Assembly (NCBI GenBank): GCA_012295275.1
Contig: CM022679.1
Location: 27,094,001-27,158,000 of the forward strand
DNA: 64,000 nt
Origin: Chrysomallon squamiferum
Taxonomy: Eukaryota; Animalia; Mollusca
Direction: 5' to 3'
The notes under the pieces were generated by a model. It saw nothing but the letters and a program-made list of their open reading frames with translations. It was not told the origin of the DNA and did no database searches. A program made the position numbers and the translations under genes. Within the stretch, counting starts at the first letter, position 1. The number at the start of each line of letters is the position of its first letter. Below are positions 1 through 12,800 of the stretch, in pieces.

Positions 1-101
1 CTCGACAAGACTATTATTAGTTTGTGTGTTCATAGCCAAGTTAATTCAGTCATTTAGATTTGGTGTCAAAAGTAAGAGTATCGATAAATACATGTACTCA
101 C

Positions 102-1514
102 AGGATTTGCCACTGCATCCATTAAAGGTAGAAGTACTGATCCAGACAGAATCTCTCTCAACAGAGAACATGAACTTCTGTAGAAATGGAAAATAAAATG
201 TTTTTATGGTGATTAGGGTTTACTTAGTAGTAAGTAAAGACGCAAACAGGATACTAATTCAGAGTGTAAACTAAAGCAGTTTAAATTAAAAGGATTTTAA
301 CAGTGTAAATATACAGGATACCAATTTAAACTTGCTGGATACACATTTGGACTGAAGTAAAAACAAACTCAATATATAACAATAAATAAATAATAATAAA
401 TAATAAATTATAACAATAAGAGTAACAATAACAATAACAATAATATATCCATTTATATAATGTCCCATTTGGTGCTACTGGAAAATATATATATATATCC
501 TTTTTAAGGAACCATCTCACTATGATCATAACAGTCTGTAAAGAAATGCATTAGATGAAGCTGGAAAAGTTCATTAATCACAGACTACTCAGACAGACAG
601 ATATATTCACAGGTGGCTTCAATAAATAATGCTTGAAAGTTAAAGTAAGTTAAAATATGTTAATTTTTTTTTTAAATGTAAGAAGTTTGATGCTTCCAAC
701 ACATCATTTGGTAAGGTCATGGGAAGACATCTTGAAATACAACAGAAGACAAAAAGTTACAAACTTGGAGTGCAGAGCTTGAGGTCTGAGCAGATATGGA
801 AACAGTTGCTCAACAGTTCGACGTAGATATTCCAACTCAGCTTTACGACTCCACATGGCACAGTGGACGTTGGGGCCGAGGTAGTCTAACACTGTCTGCT
901 GTATATCTGATCCTGCTGGGGCTGTTAGAAATATTTATAATTAAGGTGTTGAGAAAAGATGAAGAGGCCACATTTTTAACAATCTCAAGAAATATGGCGT
1001 TATGGATATATTTTATATCTATTAACAATACAATAGTGTTTTTTTGTGTTTCTTTTACATAGTTCACCAGTAGTTAAAATAAAATACTATTTATGTTTTG
1101 TTATTTAAAGGACATTAATGCACATATCTTTTATACACCAGTATGAATCAGGAAAGGGAAATAAAAATTTAATAAAACACTCAAAAACAGATCAGCTAGA
1201 AAACTACTCTAATCATAAGTATGAGCGTGTAAAAAAAAAACTACAAGTACCTGAGTATTTGAACATGTGTAAACAAATGATAAATATTACAGACTTTTAA
1301 TATTATTATTAGGTTTTTTGATTGTTTTTTTTAATGTTTAACTTAGAACAAAAACCTTTTTTTCTTGCCCAGATACAACAGTCAAGATGCTGGATTGCAG
1401 CTTTAACAATCTTCTGAGTGATCAGGCTGGGAATATCCAGCTGAAATTTTTTTTTAAAATTAAAAAATAAATTGAAAAATATTTATTAAAATAAAATAAA
1501 ACATATAAACCCAA

Positions 1515-1545
<31 letters not shown>

Positions 1546-4130
1546 AATAATGCAGAATTTAAAAAGAAATAATTATTAATAAATAGAAAAACAGGTTTAA
1601 AAAATTATTTTAAAATTAATGTGCCTTTGTAATATTTTTTTCTGATATTATTTCCTAGTGGGATTTGAAATTCAACCTAGTTCAGGACCATGACAAATCG
1701 TAGGAAACAACTCTACTTTCATGGTGTTATTGGCAATGAAGTCATCACCATCATCATCATCGTCGTCATTTTATTACCTTTTTAGCTCTTCTGAGGAAAA
1801 CAGCAGCCAAAAATCTGAAGTTTGTTCTCAGCTCATCCACAAACTCTTCATCAGTGCTCAAATCTCTGAATACATTTAAAAAAAATAATAATAAATAAAT
1901 AAAATTATACACAAAATTGTTTATATTTAATAAAGGAAAATATTACAAATCAGTGCTTGAATAATATCTTTGTCTAAATATTTAAGCTGAGTGTGCTGTA
2001 TTAATAACATTTTAATTTCAGCTGAAAGCAAAAAAAAGACAAAATAAAATAATAATAATAAATAAACAAAAAAAAAAAAAAATGAATCATTAAATGTTAA
2101 TTCAAGATTTAAAATAAAGTTATTTGATTCAAATAAGAAAACAAAAATTCAATCAATTAATCATGGAAATTTTAGACTGAAAAGTTTTTTTTTTTTTTTT
2201 TTTCGGCTTTGTTAATGGACCTGAGGTTTATTTCAGACATTTTTCCAGTTAAGATAATTTGTGTTTCAAATGTGTACCTGAATTTAACATTTGCCGAACA
2301 CAACTTTAAACAGTTACTTACTTGTACCATGTGTAGACAAATTCCTTAAGAACAATGCTGAAGAACTTTAAAAACAAAAATAAGTAGACTTATTACTATT
2401 ATAAACTTTTGGAGTTGTCGTTATTACTATTATAAACTTTTGGAGTTGTCGTTATCATAATCATTTTATCACTATATTATTATTACAATTATTATTATTA
2501 TTCCAATCAACAAAGTGAATATGAAGAAAACATTGACTAACATAAGGATAAACAAATTAAATATAATATCAATCTATTTGTTAAGCATCATTCTTATTTT
2601 AATAATTTCAGTAAATGTTCAACAATATGACAGCAAGACATATAACTTGATATTCTGTCCTTAATAAAAAATAATTAATATATCATTAACATTTTCTTTT
2701 TCAAATTAATCACCTATTATCAAAGCACCCATTCAAATTTTCTAAAATAAATAACTTTTAGAAAAATAAGTAAGGTGTAAAAAGTATATTTACAAAGAAA
2801 TTTATATATATATTATTTTTTCTTCAGATATTTCACTAATCCTATTTCAGAAAACATTTACCTCATCTAAAGCTTGATCCACACGCTGACTAATTTCCAG
2901 ATTTGTCCATGGTTGAAATGCTAGAATATTCAATTCTGGCCTAAAAATTAATTTTAAAAAAATAATAAATAAATACATAAAAAAGTTTTTAAAAAGTTCA
3001 TTTAAAAAAGAAGAAATAAAAGAAATTTTAATTAAATCCACAGTGGTACTTCAAGTTACAAGTTTTCTGAGTTACGAGCAATCACCTGTTCGATGTTTTG
3101 CTTTGAATTGTGAGCCAAAATCAGAGTTAAGAGTGAGCTTCAGGTTTGCCACAGCTAGTTGGCGCAACGAACAACACAACATCCACCCAGCATCCCACTG
3201 GTTTGCTTCACATGGTTACCTCGCAAGGGAAGCATCTTGGTTGTGCTGTGCTCGCATTTTGTGCAGTGTTTTGCCAAACTTCCATGGATCTTTAGAAAGT
3301 GAGTGCCAAGGACAGTGCTGAGATGAAGAAACGGATGATGTCCATTGAATTAAAGCATGAAATCACAGAACATCATGAGCTCAGTGTGCATGCAGTTGAT
3401 AAAGCCTATATCTCCAGCCAAAGGCATTAAAATAATTTCTAAGCTGCCATGGACCTCTGTCCATGAAAAGATGAAGAAACCCAAAACCAGTTTATTTCTT
3501 TACATTGTCTTTTATTTTGTTTTTTATAGAATATTTGTAATTTATACATACATTTTTCTTATTTAAAAACACATTACAAAAAACAGGGGTGGTTTTGTGG
3601 GGCTGGAACAGATTAATGGTATTTCAGTTAATTTCATTTGGAAAAATTTATTTGATATACAAGCAAACTCAGTTACGAGCTTGGTCACAGAACGAATTAA
3701 ACTCATAACTCAAGGTACCACTGTATATTAATTAAAATACATTTTAACAACATTCTTTCAGCATTTGAAATCAAACTGTTACTTTCTTATCTCTACCAGC
3801 AGTGCAGCTTAATAGTAAATCTGAAATAAAATTCTAATGTGTTCAATAAAAATTATAATTATACAAATTTACATTCTTCTACACATAGCAATATTTTTAC
3901 TTCATTTCCGATACTGATATTACTGTAAATGATTTAAATTATGTCAGGAACATTACTGCTTATATGTTCTGAAGTTGTGCACACTCATAAATCTGTCAAG
4001 AAATATACCCTGACATTGTTTTAAAATTCAGAAAAGTACATTTACCTGTGTCTTGGACATCTCCTCTGCCCACAGACTGTGCACACAGATTTCAACAGTG
4101 TAAGTTCATTGTCCAACACAGACATCTACA

Positions 4131-4195
<65 letters not shown>

Positions 4196-5878
4196 TGATG
4201 ATGATAATTATACTACTACTACTACTACTACTAATAATAATAATAATGAAAACAAACAAACAAACAAGCAAATGAATAAATAAACAAACAAACAAAAACA
4301 TTATTATAATGCAGAATGTATTTTGGAAATAAACATTAATCTTATAAAGAATTGATTTTACTTATATATATTTATTTTTAAAATCTATTTAAATTTATTA
4401 TATCATCAATAAGAAAATTATCATCAAATACATTTTTATTCAGTTTCCAATCAGTTTCATTTTTATTTTTCTGAATATCCAAAGATTATATATTTTTATG
4501 GGAAACATACATTTCACTTGTTAATATCATTTAATCAATCTGTGTACAATAACTGCATAATGTAATTTTCAAACTTGAAATGGATTTATAATTATCATGT
4601 AAAGAAACATAAATAAATAAAATTAAAAACATATAAATAATTTTATATAATTCTATTCTGTGATCACTTTCTTTCAGATTACTATCATAAACAAAACTGT
4701 CATTTACTTTTTTCTGACGTCGATACATGGGAAGTAGGTTTGGCATGAGAGTTGTCGGGCTAAAAATGGAGAAAAAAAATCATAATAAAATGATAAATAT
4801 CCACAAACTAAATTCTAAAATACTCATAATCTAAGAATATTACATATATTAAAAACAAAACACAGAATATTTGTGAAAACTATATATTATCAATTCTGTG
4901 TGTATAAAAAATAATAATAATCAATATTATATTCTCTGATTTTGTTTAAATGTTCTGGAAATTAATATCAATAACATTTTCAAATTATAAATTAAAATAG
5001 ACATAATTTTGCTTTAATCTTGTAAATAAATAAAATCTACTGTATTGGTCTGATTTATAAAGAAAATCCATATTGAAAGCAAATACAAATAAGTAATATT
5101 ACCTGATGAGAAAATAGGAAATTGCCATACCCAAGATAAAAGACCATATGAATAAGAATACTTTAACATAGCTGAAAAATAATGAATAATACATTTATTA
5201 AAACATAAAATGGAATATAAATTATTAAATATATTTTAGAATAAATAATTACGCCGTGAATTTTTATTATTATATGATATATTATATTATTAATAATATA
5301 AATATTATTAGTATGCATGAATGAAAGTTTAAAAATGCAACTTCATTTAAATAAACTGAATTACCTCATACTTCTGTCAACAGGCACAGAAAGATCAGGA
5401 AATTCACTGCATTATCATGATAATAATTATTAATACATTACTGGATGAAAGATTTGATAGTTAAATTCAGACCCGCCCGAATTTTACTGGCTACATAAAT
5501 AATTAATTCTGATAGAAATGGTATCATTTTTACTATCCATATCATATTTGTATCTGTACTGCAGAATTTACCTTCTGCACATATAGCAACTGCCTTGAAT
5601 TTTGAGCAAACGGTTGCATTAAATTTTATTACAGAAATATCGTATACATAATACTTTTTGCATCTACAATAGACAATCGTCGAGTGATTGGCGAGTCCGA
5701 AGGTTTGAACCATTTTAAATTTCTATTTATTTTAAATATAATTAATATTCTTAAATGCGATATCTCGAATGAACACAAACCTGTAGAATACAAGGGTGCA
5801 CAGCAGTAATATTACAGTTCCTGAAGTAAATCTTGAATGTTTATAAATATAGTGTTTGATGAGGTACCAAGGAATCAT
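102..5878 (-). CDS. SNX14: Sorting nexin-14 (N-terminal TM segments + PXA domain), 5' part only; gene continues beyond the left edge. Coding exons: 5878-5781, 5171-5103, 4759-4708, 4125-4046, 2940-2862, 2365-2322, 1865-1778, 1440-1356, 921-765, 177-102 (276 codons)
   Basis: All ten exons have GT-AG boundaries with matching phases. The splice product reads MIPWYLIKHY...FIWSFILG...CTVCGQRRCPRHRPELNILAFQPWTNLEISQRVDQALDEFFSIVLKEFVYTWYKDLSTDEEFVDELR...LDIPSLITQKIVKAAIQH...ELEYLRRTVEQLFPYLL...[13 protein letters not shown]. This is colinear with vertebrate SNX14 as recalled (MVPW..., [48 protein letters not shown]). Confidence 0.93.
2391..2452. repeat. Perfect tandem duplication of a 31-bp unit in an SNX14 intron
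   Basis: ttattactattataaacttttggagttgtcg occurs twice back to back. Confidence 0.9.
3041..3723 (+). mobile_element. Internally deleted pogo/Tigger-type DNA transposon in an SNX14 intron
   Basis: Imperfect ~23-bp TIRs: cagtggtacttcaagttacaagt on the left versus cagtggtaccttgagttatgagt (reverse complement of the right end). TA follows the right end and CA precedes the left. A decayed transposase N-terminus starts at 3284 (MDL*KVSAKDSAEMKKRMMSIELKHEITEHHE, then frameshifted IKPISPAKGIKIISKL...SVHEKMKK) and resembles the CENP-B-like HTH of pogo transposases. Confidence 0.8.
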
Positions 5879-8800
5879 TGTGCAGTCTGTTGCATCTTTC
5901 CAATCTTGTGACAGCAGATTGTTTTCCCTTTGAAGATTAAAACAAGGGAGTTAACTCCCAATTTTCAAATCCTATCATGGCATCGAAGTGTCAGTTAGTC
6001 TGTGTGTGTTAATCCCATTTCATTTCAGCCATCTTTTTATTTTTGGTTGGAGGTTAGAATATTATTTTAATGATGGTCGGTTAAATATAAAGTGGTTGAT
6101 CATATCATTTAAACTTTGCAGTCCGTTTATTTAGATATCGTGTGTGTACGTATATCATTATATGGATATCTTATTCGTGGTGGTATTGCATTAATGTAAA
6201 CTTTCGATTTCTTTTGACTGTTTGTTTAAATAAAATAAATATATAATAATAACAACAATAAATAAACAAAAACAAATAAAATCGTCCAAATGTAAATACA
6301 CAAGCTAACACCTGAATGCAGTATATTTTTTTATTACAAAATAATAAATATCAAATTTATCAACAGAGATGATTACAATAACACTTCATTCAACATCAGA
6401 CTGTACAACAAAAAATAAACACTGAGGTACCATAATGTGTTCACGTCTTATTTCATTCAAATATATTTAGCCAATCTCATTCCAGTTGCAAATAATCCAC
6501 CAATCACAATGCATTGCTGCTTACATTTGCTGTAGTTGACACACCTTTCATGATGCAAACATTTTAAGATTTTTAAATACATTTCCCTGACATTCAGCAC
6601 TCAGAAAATAAAACATTTGAAGTCCTGTGACCATTCAAACAGTTAATAACAATTAAATCAACAATATGGTGAAATGATGATCAGTATGAAATGATGTTTG
6701 AGATCACAGTAACATTTAACACAGATGTTGCTTGAACATTTTAACATGATACAGAATCATTTATCCTGCTGTGTGTAAAATTGTCAAAATAGTTGTAATA
6801 TCAATCACAAGAATATTCCAACTGTTCTGAAATTTGTCAAAATTATTTTCATAAAATAATTTTGAAAAAATGACTGTAACTAAGTGTGACTAGGAATACA
6901 AGGTTTACCTCATTGGAAAGTTATAAACATAATTATGTTTGGTTGTAGTAAATAGTTGTTGTAAATTATCTGTACAAACTTTTTGGTTCTTGCATATCCA
7001 GACACACTGACTTATCATATCAATTATGATGGAATGGAAACATAACTTAAATAAATAAATAATAGGTAATAATATAAAGGAATTGGAAGAAGCATTAATG
7101 ATAGTTATTTTGATTTTCAAAATGATAACAAGACTTGAAGAGGTAATGGTGTTATGTAAGTAAATAATGGCCAAAAGGCATAAATTATATCGAAACAAAT
7201 AAATGAAATTTTAAAGATTAAAAGAAGAATTTTTTTTTTTTAAAATAAGCAGATAAAATTGCCTGAGATTTCTAATACTGAAAATGTGTGAAGAGTCAAG
7301 AATTTCTTTTTTCCACTTTCAGTAAAGTAATTTTAAAGTTCAAAAAAATAATAATTAAAAGAAATATAAAAATGAGGCTGACCAATTTAAACACAAAGGT
7401 GTGTATCTGGTATTATTTGTATGAAATGTTGGAAAAATGTGCAATTCTTTGGTGGTTTTCATTGTTTATTGTGGATCAAATGTTTGATTATGCAGATCAA
7501 TAACAATAAGAAAAACAGCAAAAAATAAATAAATAAAAACGACCAATAACGATATTCAACATAATGTTACTACAACATGAATTTAACCTGTAATAAATGA
7601 CAAATGCTTCTGTTAAAAAAAATGTTATGCTAACTTCACTAACTTTGAGCTGGACTCTATTCTAAGAGTTTGAGTTGATTTCCATTATTTGTGACAGAAA
7701 TAACAAATATTAAAAACAAAATGAAAAGAAAACAGAATTCCTGCAGTTCACTTTAAATCTAGACTACATTACACTAGACTTATTTAACACATTATATTTT
7801 TTTCTTAATTAAAAAAAAATATGCCTATATATATCTTTCAAAATACCTAGGCTGAACTAGCTTATTTTTATGCAATTTGCAACTTGATTCTGAAAAAATA
7901 AAAAATAAAATAAAAAATAAAATAAAACTGTCGGTTATGCATTTTGATGTAATATTAGCGTCTGATACTAGCAGGTAAATATTAACATTCTTTGAACATT
8001 TAAACAAGAAATAAAACAACATTTTGATGAAAGAAAAACATAACATGAACACGGAATGCAAAACATGATTTGCAGATGGAACATCAGGAATGTTCATTAA
8101 TACATTGCAGTGGTATTTGTCTGACTGAGGTTACATTTTGTATATTTCATTTGAAAATAAAGTTTTAGTCAAGGCAATTACAAAATAATAAAAAAAAGTT
8201 TGTACAAAATGTAAATTATATACAATAAATACTCCAGTTAGATATATATATATATATATTTTTTTATATATAGCACTTGTTTCCACTACACCAAATGTTA
8301 TATAAAATGTGGTCACTTTGTACTGAAATTATCAAAGTGTGTTTGATCACCAGTACATGCATTCACATATATCACATTTCATTTTGGCAGTGTTTAATTA
8401 GCACCGTTTCCATGGTGACATCACAAAAACTAGACAGTAAACAATTATCTCTCATGATTATACTGATTAAAAAAAACAAAAATGACAACAATAAAAACTG
8501 AAATATAGTTAATTACAAAAGACCCCCCAGCATCCCCACCCACAAGTTTATTTTTATATTTATGTACATTTATAATATTTAACTCACAGTAGACAATGGA
8601 AGTAAAACAGCATCTTAATTTTTATCTTAATCATTTAAAATAAGAATGCTGTTATATATTCTTTTTTTTCCATTTTATAACATAACTTTCCTTAAAAAAA
8701 TAACTGATGTCTTGTTTGTCTTGTGATAATCCACACAAGAGGAAAAGAAAATTATATTCATGCTTAATACTAACAGTATAAGTTTGAGCAAATTATGAGC

Positions 8801-9824
8801 ATATCTTACTCAAAACTTACAAATTTATATGTCATATATAAAATGAAACCAAATAAAAATTGCACAATAGTTCACATACTTCAAAAAGAAAAAAAAATAT
8901 CTTGTAAGTAAATACAAGAAAAATGGTTATTTTTAATTCATTATGCTACAAGGTAAACTATGAACAAAGTATTAATGATATCTTTTCATTTAAAAACATA
9001 GCACAGGTAATTAACATTTTAAAAATATTTCACCTGTCATTGAAACACCAATCTCTTCTGGGTATAAGCATCAGGAACAAACACTCCATGCACTAAGCAA
9101 GAACATGAATGCAAGCATTTGTAATGCTGAAACAAATTTGGATTCCAAATGAATAGGATATCCTGCATTAAGAGTTGATATTATGTATAGTATGTGAATT
9201 CTTACGAATCACTGTATTTAAACACTCAAAGTGTTAAAACCGTGTTTGTCAAAATGGTTATCAGTATTTCAATGTGTATTATGTTTAATGATATGTAAAC
9301 ATTAATCACTGTTCACATTGCTATAATTTAATAACTAATGCTAAGTTATATAAACTATTTTTAAAATAGTTTTTTGTCCTCTGCTGTGTTTATAATTATA
9401 GTTACCTCTTTCGTTTTACAGATTTGCTTTGAAATTATTTTAATATATAAAATTTTGAAGCAAATCTACTAGACTATATTCACTGAATCTAAATTATTTT
9501 CAAATTGTTTTAGTCATGTTTTTATTTTTGCAGTTTTTATATCAATCATTTGAACTGTATTTCCCATTTATCTAAAAAGGTTTTAATTATAATTATCATA
9601 ATTGACTTATGCATGTAATCTGATTTTCTACTTCAATGCTAAATATTTTTTCTTAATGCTAAGACTAACAATCTCTCACTTAGTCTAAAACAATACCATA
9701 CTTATTCATCATCTTTCAGATTCTGAACAAGTTTTATGTTTTTACAGAATACTAAATTATTGTTTTAATAATTTCTCTAAATCTATACAAATTACATTTT
9801 CCTAAATATATTCTTAACTAATCG

Positions 9825-12800
9825 TTAAGAAACTGTTCTTGAGGATCTTCGGTTTTTCCTTCTCAGAGCATTGGGTGAAGTCATTTTAGTTACTGATCGT
9901 AAATTCTTCTTGCGTGGATGTATGTACGAATGACTTGATGATGTGCCAGGCATTTCAATGTCACTTGACAGCGATCCTGAATGAGCCAGACTGGACATTT
10001 TTTTATGTTTAGATGCCGAATGATGACCTGAGTTGGGATAGGATGATGAAACACCTGATGATGATAAGTCGCAGGCACAGCTGCCAGACAGTTTTGATCC
10101 GTCAGTTGGCCACGCACTGCTGAAAGAACCGTAAGAAACTCGTATTCCTGTCGAACCACCCTGACAGAAACTTGATAAACATGCAGAATATGTGTCACTG
10201 TCCGAATCCATGGCCCGGTCCGAAATTTCACTTGACATGCTGTTTCCTGAGTCTGCAATAATCAAAAATAAATAAATAAATAAAACATTAATGAAATATT
10301 AATTTTTAATAAAAAAAAGAAGAATAATAATAAACAAAAACTAATAAATACACACAAAAATAAGAACAGTTATTAAAATATTAATAATTAAAAAGAATAA
10401 ATAAAAGAAGTAAAATATTAATAATTGTTAAAAAAGATATAAATGGTACCATGCATTACAGAATTCAGGTTAAATAATTTAATTTTTTTTATATAAAATT
10501 CAGTAGATTGATATTGGAAAATATCTTATTAACAAACAAACAATTTGTGGATAGAATGACATTAAAAAATATTACATTCAGGGTTGAGTGAAAGGATTAA
10601 ACATTTAATGGGTAATATTCTTGTTTACGTAACAGAATTTTTATAAACATTTTCAATTAATTTAAAACATCTAGCTTTTTTTAATTGTTTATTTTTTTAT
10701 TTTTTTTTATTTTTAGTTGTTTAAAAACTTGAATGCTCATGTGTGCAGGCCTTTTCTGGTTGTATGAATGAAAGAGTAAAACAGATTTCACAGATTCAGT
10801 TCTCTATTTTTGTTTTCATTAATCTCACCTGTATTATCAACGAACGAATCTTCCTCATCCTCTTGGTCACCTTCATATCCTGACATCACAACATCATCAC
10901 ACAATGCATAACGTTCTACTGTAGGTGTAGCTGCCTTTTCTCTCTCAGTATATCTTTTGATTGTTCTAACAAAATAAACAAAAGTAAATTAAACATTAAA
11001 AAAAAAAAGAAGATGGGATAAACCAGAACTGTTAGAAAAACAAAATAATCATAAACTAAGATATTTTGGAACAGAAAAATAAATAAGAAGTACATAATAT
11101 ATATATATACATATAAAACTGAAAACATAGGGAACAAATTTAACATTTAATACATTCTGCATTCTATCAATTTAAATAAATATAATTATATGCTTACCTT
11201 TGGTTTCTACTTTTGCCTCTAGATGGAGACACTATCAGCTCATCAGCATTTCGGAACCTCAGTTTGACATCAAAGCCATGGAGAAGGTGTTCCGTCACTC
11301 CAAGCATTCGGCAGAGTTCTTCATAGCTCATGATCTGCATCAAAATAACACATTTGTTTAATGAAACTCATCTACATCAATACAAAAACATTTGCTTTCT
11401 TAAACCCATAATCTCATAAAGAAAAAAAGACAAAAAAAAAAAGACAAAAAAAAGACTACAGCCATTATCATTTATGTTAAAAAAGAAAAAGGCTGATTTT
11501 TCTCAACGAAATCTCAAAAGATTTTCAATGTTAAATGTTTTTAAATGTATACAACAATTTTAGTTTTTGTTTGTTTGTTTGTATTAAATTATAGAATAAC
11601 TGAGAAACATTAAAACTATCTTTCCAAAGGCTAATTATTGCATTTTAAGTGTGAGCAGCAGTAATCTTTAATCTAATTATTATTATTATTATCAGTATTT
11701 TTGCCACCAATCTGTGTGGCTTATAGACCCAAATGGCAGCAAGGGATCATATCATTGAAAAAAATTATAGAACATTAAATATCCCAGTATATACACTATG
11801 GAAGACAGTCATGTATTTACTCAATCAGAGAGCCATAATTTTAATTTTGTTTGCTAAAAATAAAGGCTCACCTCAATCTCGCTAACCCTGAAGAATTTCT
11901 CGTCAGAGTATCTCTGTTTGACAGCCTGCAATGTGATGTCACGATGATCTACCACAGAACCTTCCAGGAAACTAGAAATATAAAAAATATCACAATTATT
12001 AAACTATTAATATTTATATTCTATTAATCCTTCTGATGCAGCACATAGTTCCCTGCACCAGATATTTTTGGAAAATAACATATAGTTTTATGCATTACAG
12101 AATACAAAACTAGGATGTTATATATCAAGATATTTCACCTATGGCACCAAAAGGGTTAAACATCTGTAACATATTTTAGGTCAATGTTTTGAACTCTTTC
12201 ACTCCAGTACAACATAAACAACATTAAAATTATGTCAAAACATAATAAAGATCTAAATTTTCACAGGAATCGCTAAAAAAGGTAACTGAAAATGTTTGCT
12301 GTAGTACATGGATTAATATATTATGTAAACATATTTCAGGTTTTGGGGTTTTATTTCTCACACCCAGAGTAGAGGGTAATTTTGGTACATTTTGGCAAAG
12401 AAGGAAAATGATGTAGAAAACAAAATGCATTTCTCACCATTTTTCATGAACATGGAAAGAACATCTACTGATATCTTCCAAGGAATATCCTGTAAACTCC
12501 TCCATTTTTTCTGGCCATGGACATTCTACAAAGACAAGTAAAGGAAATTCAATTATTTGAATTGAAGAAACAGCTAATATTGACATCTCAATAGAATATA
12601 TAAAAATATATATATATTTTTTGTTAATAATAATTATAACAAGTCATTGATTATTATTATTATTGCTTGTTTTCATTTTTATTGTAATTTCTAGTAATTT
12701 AAAATATTCTGTATTTTTTTAATTAAAGTATAATCACTGTTTTATAATTTCATACATCACACAAAGTCAGTTGAATACTGTTTTTCCATTCTGATGGTTT

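Noticed and set aside
10916-11146. ORF-track frame reading EQSKDILREKRQLHLQ as part of cyclin F
   Set aside because: Wrong frame. The phase-consistent exon 10965-10829 reads TIKRYTERE...SGYEGDQE.
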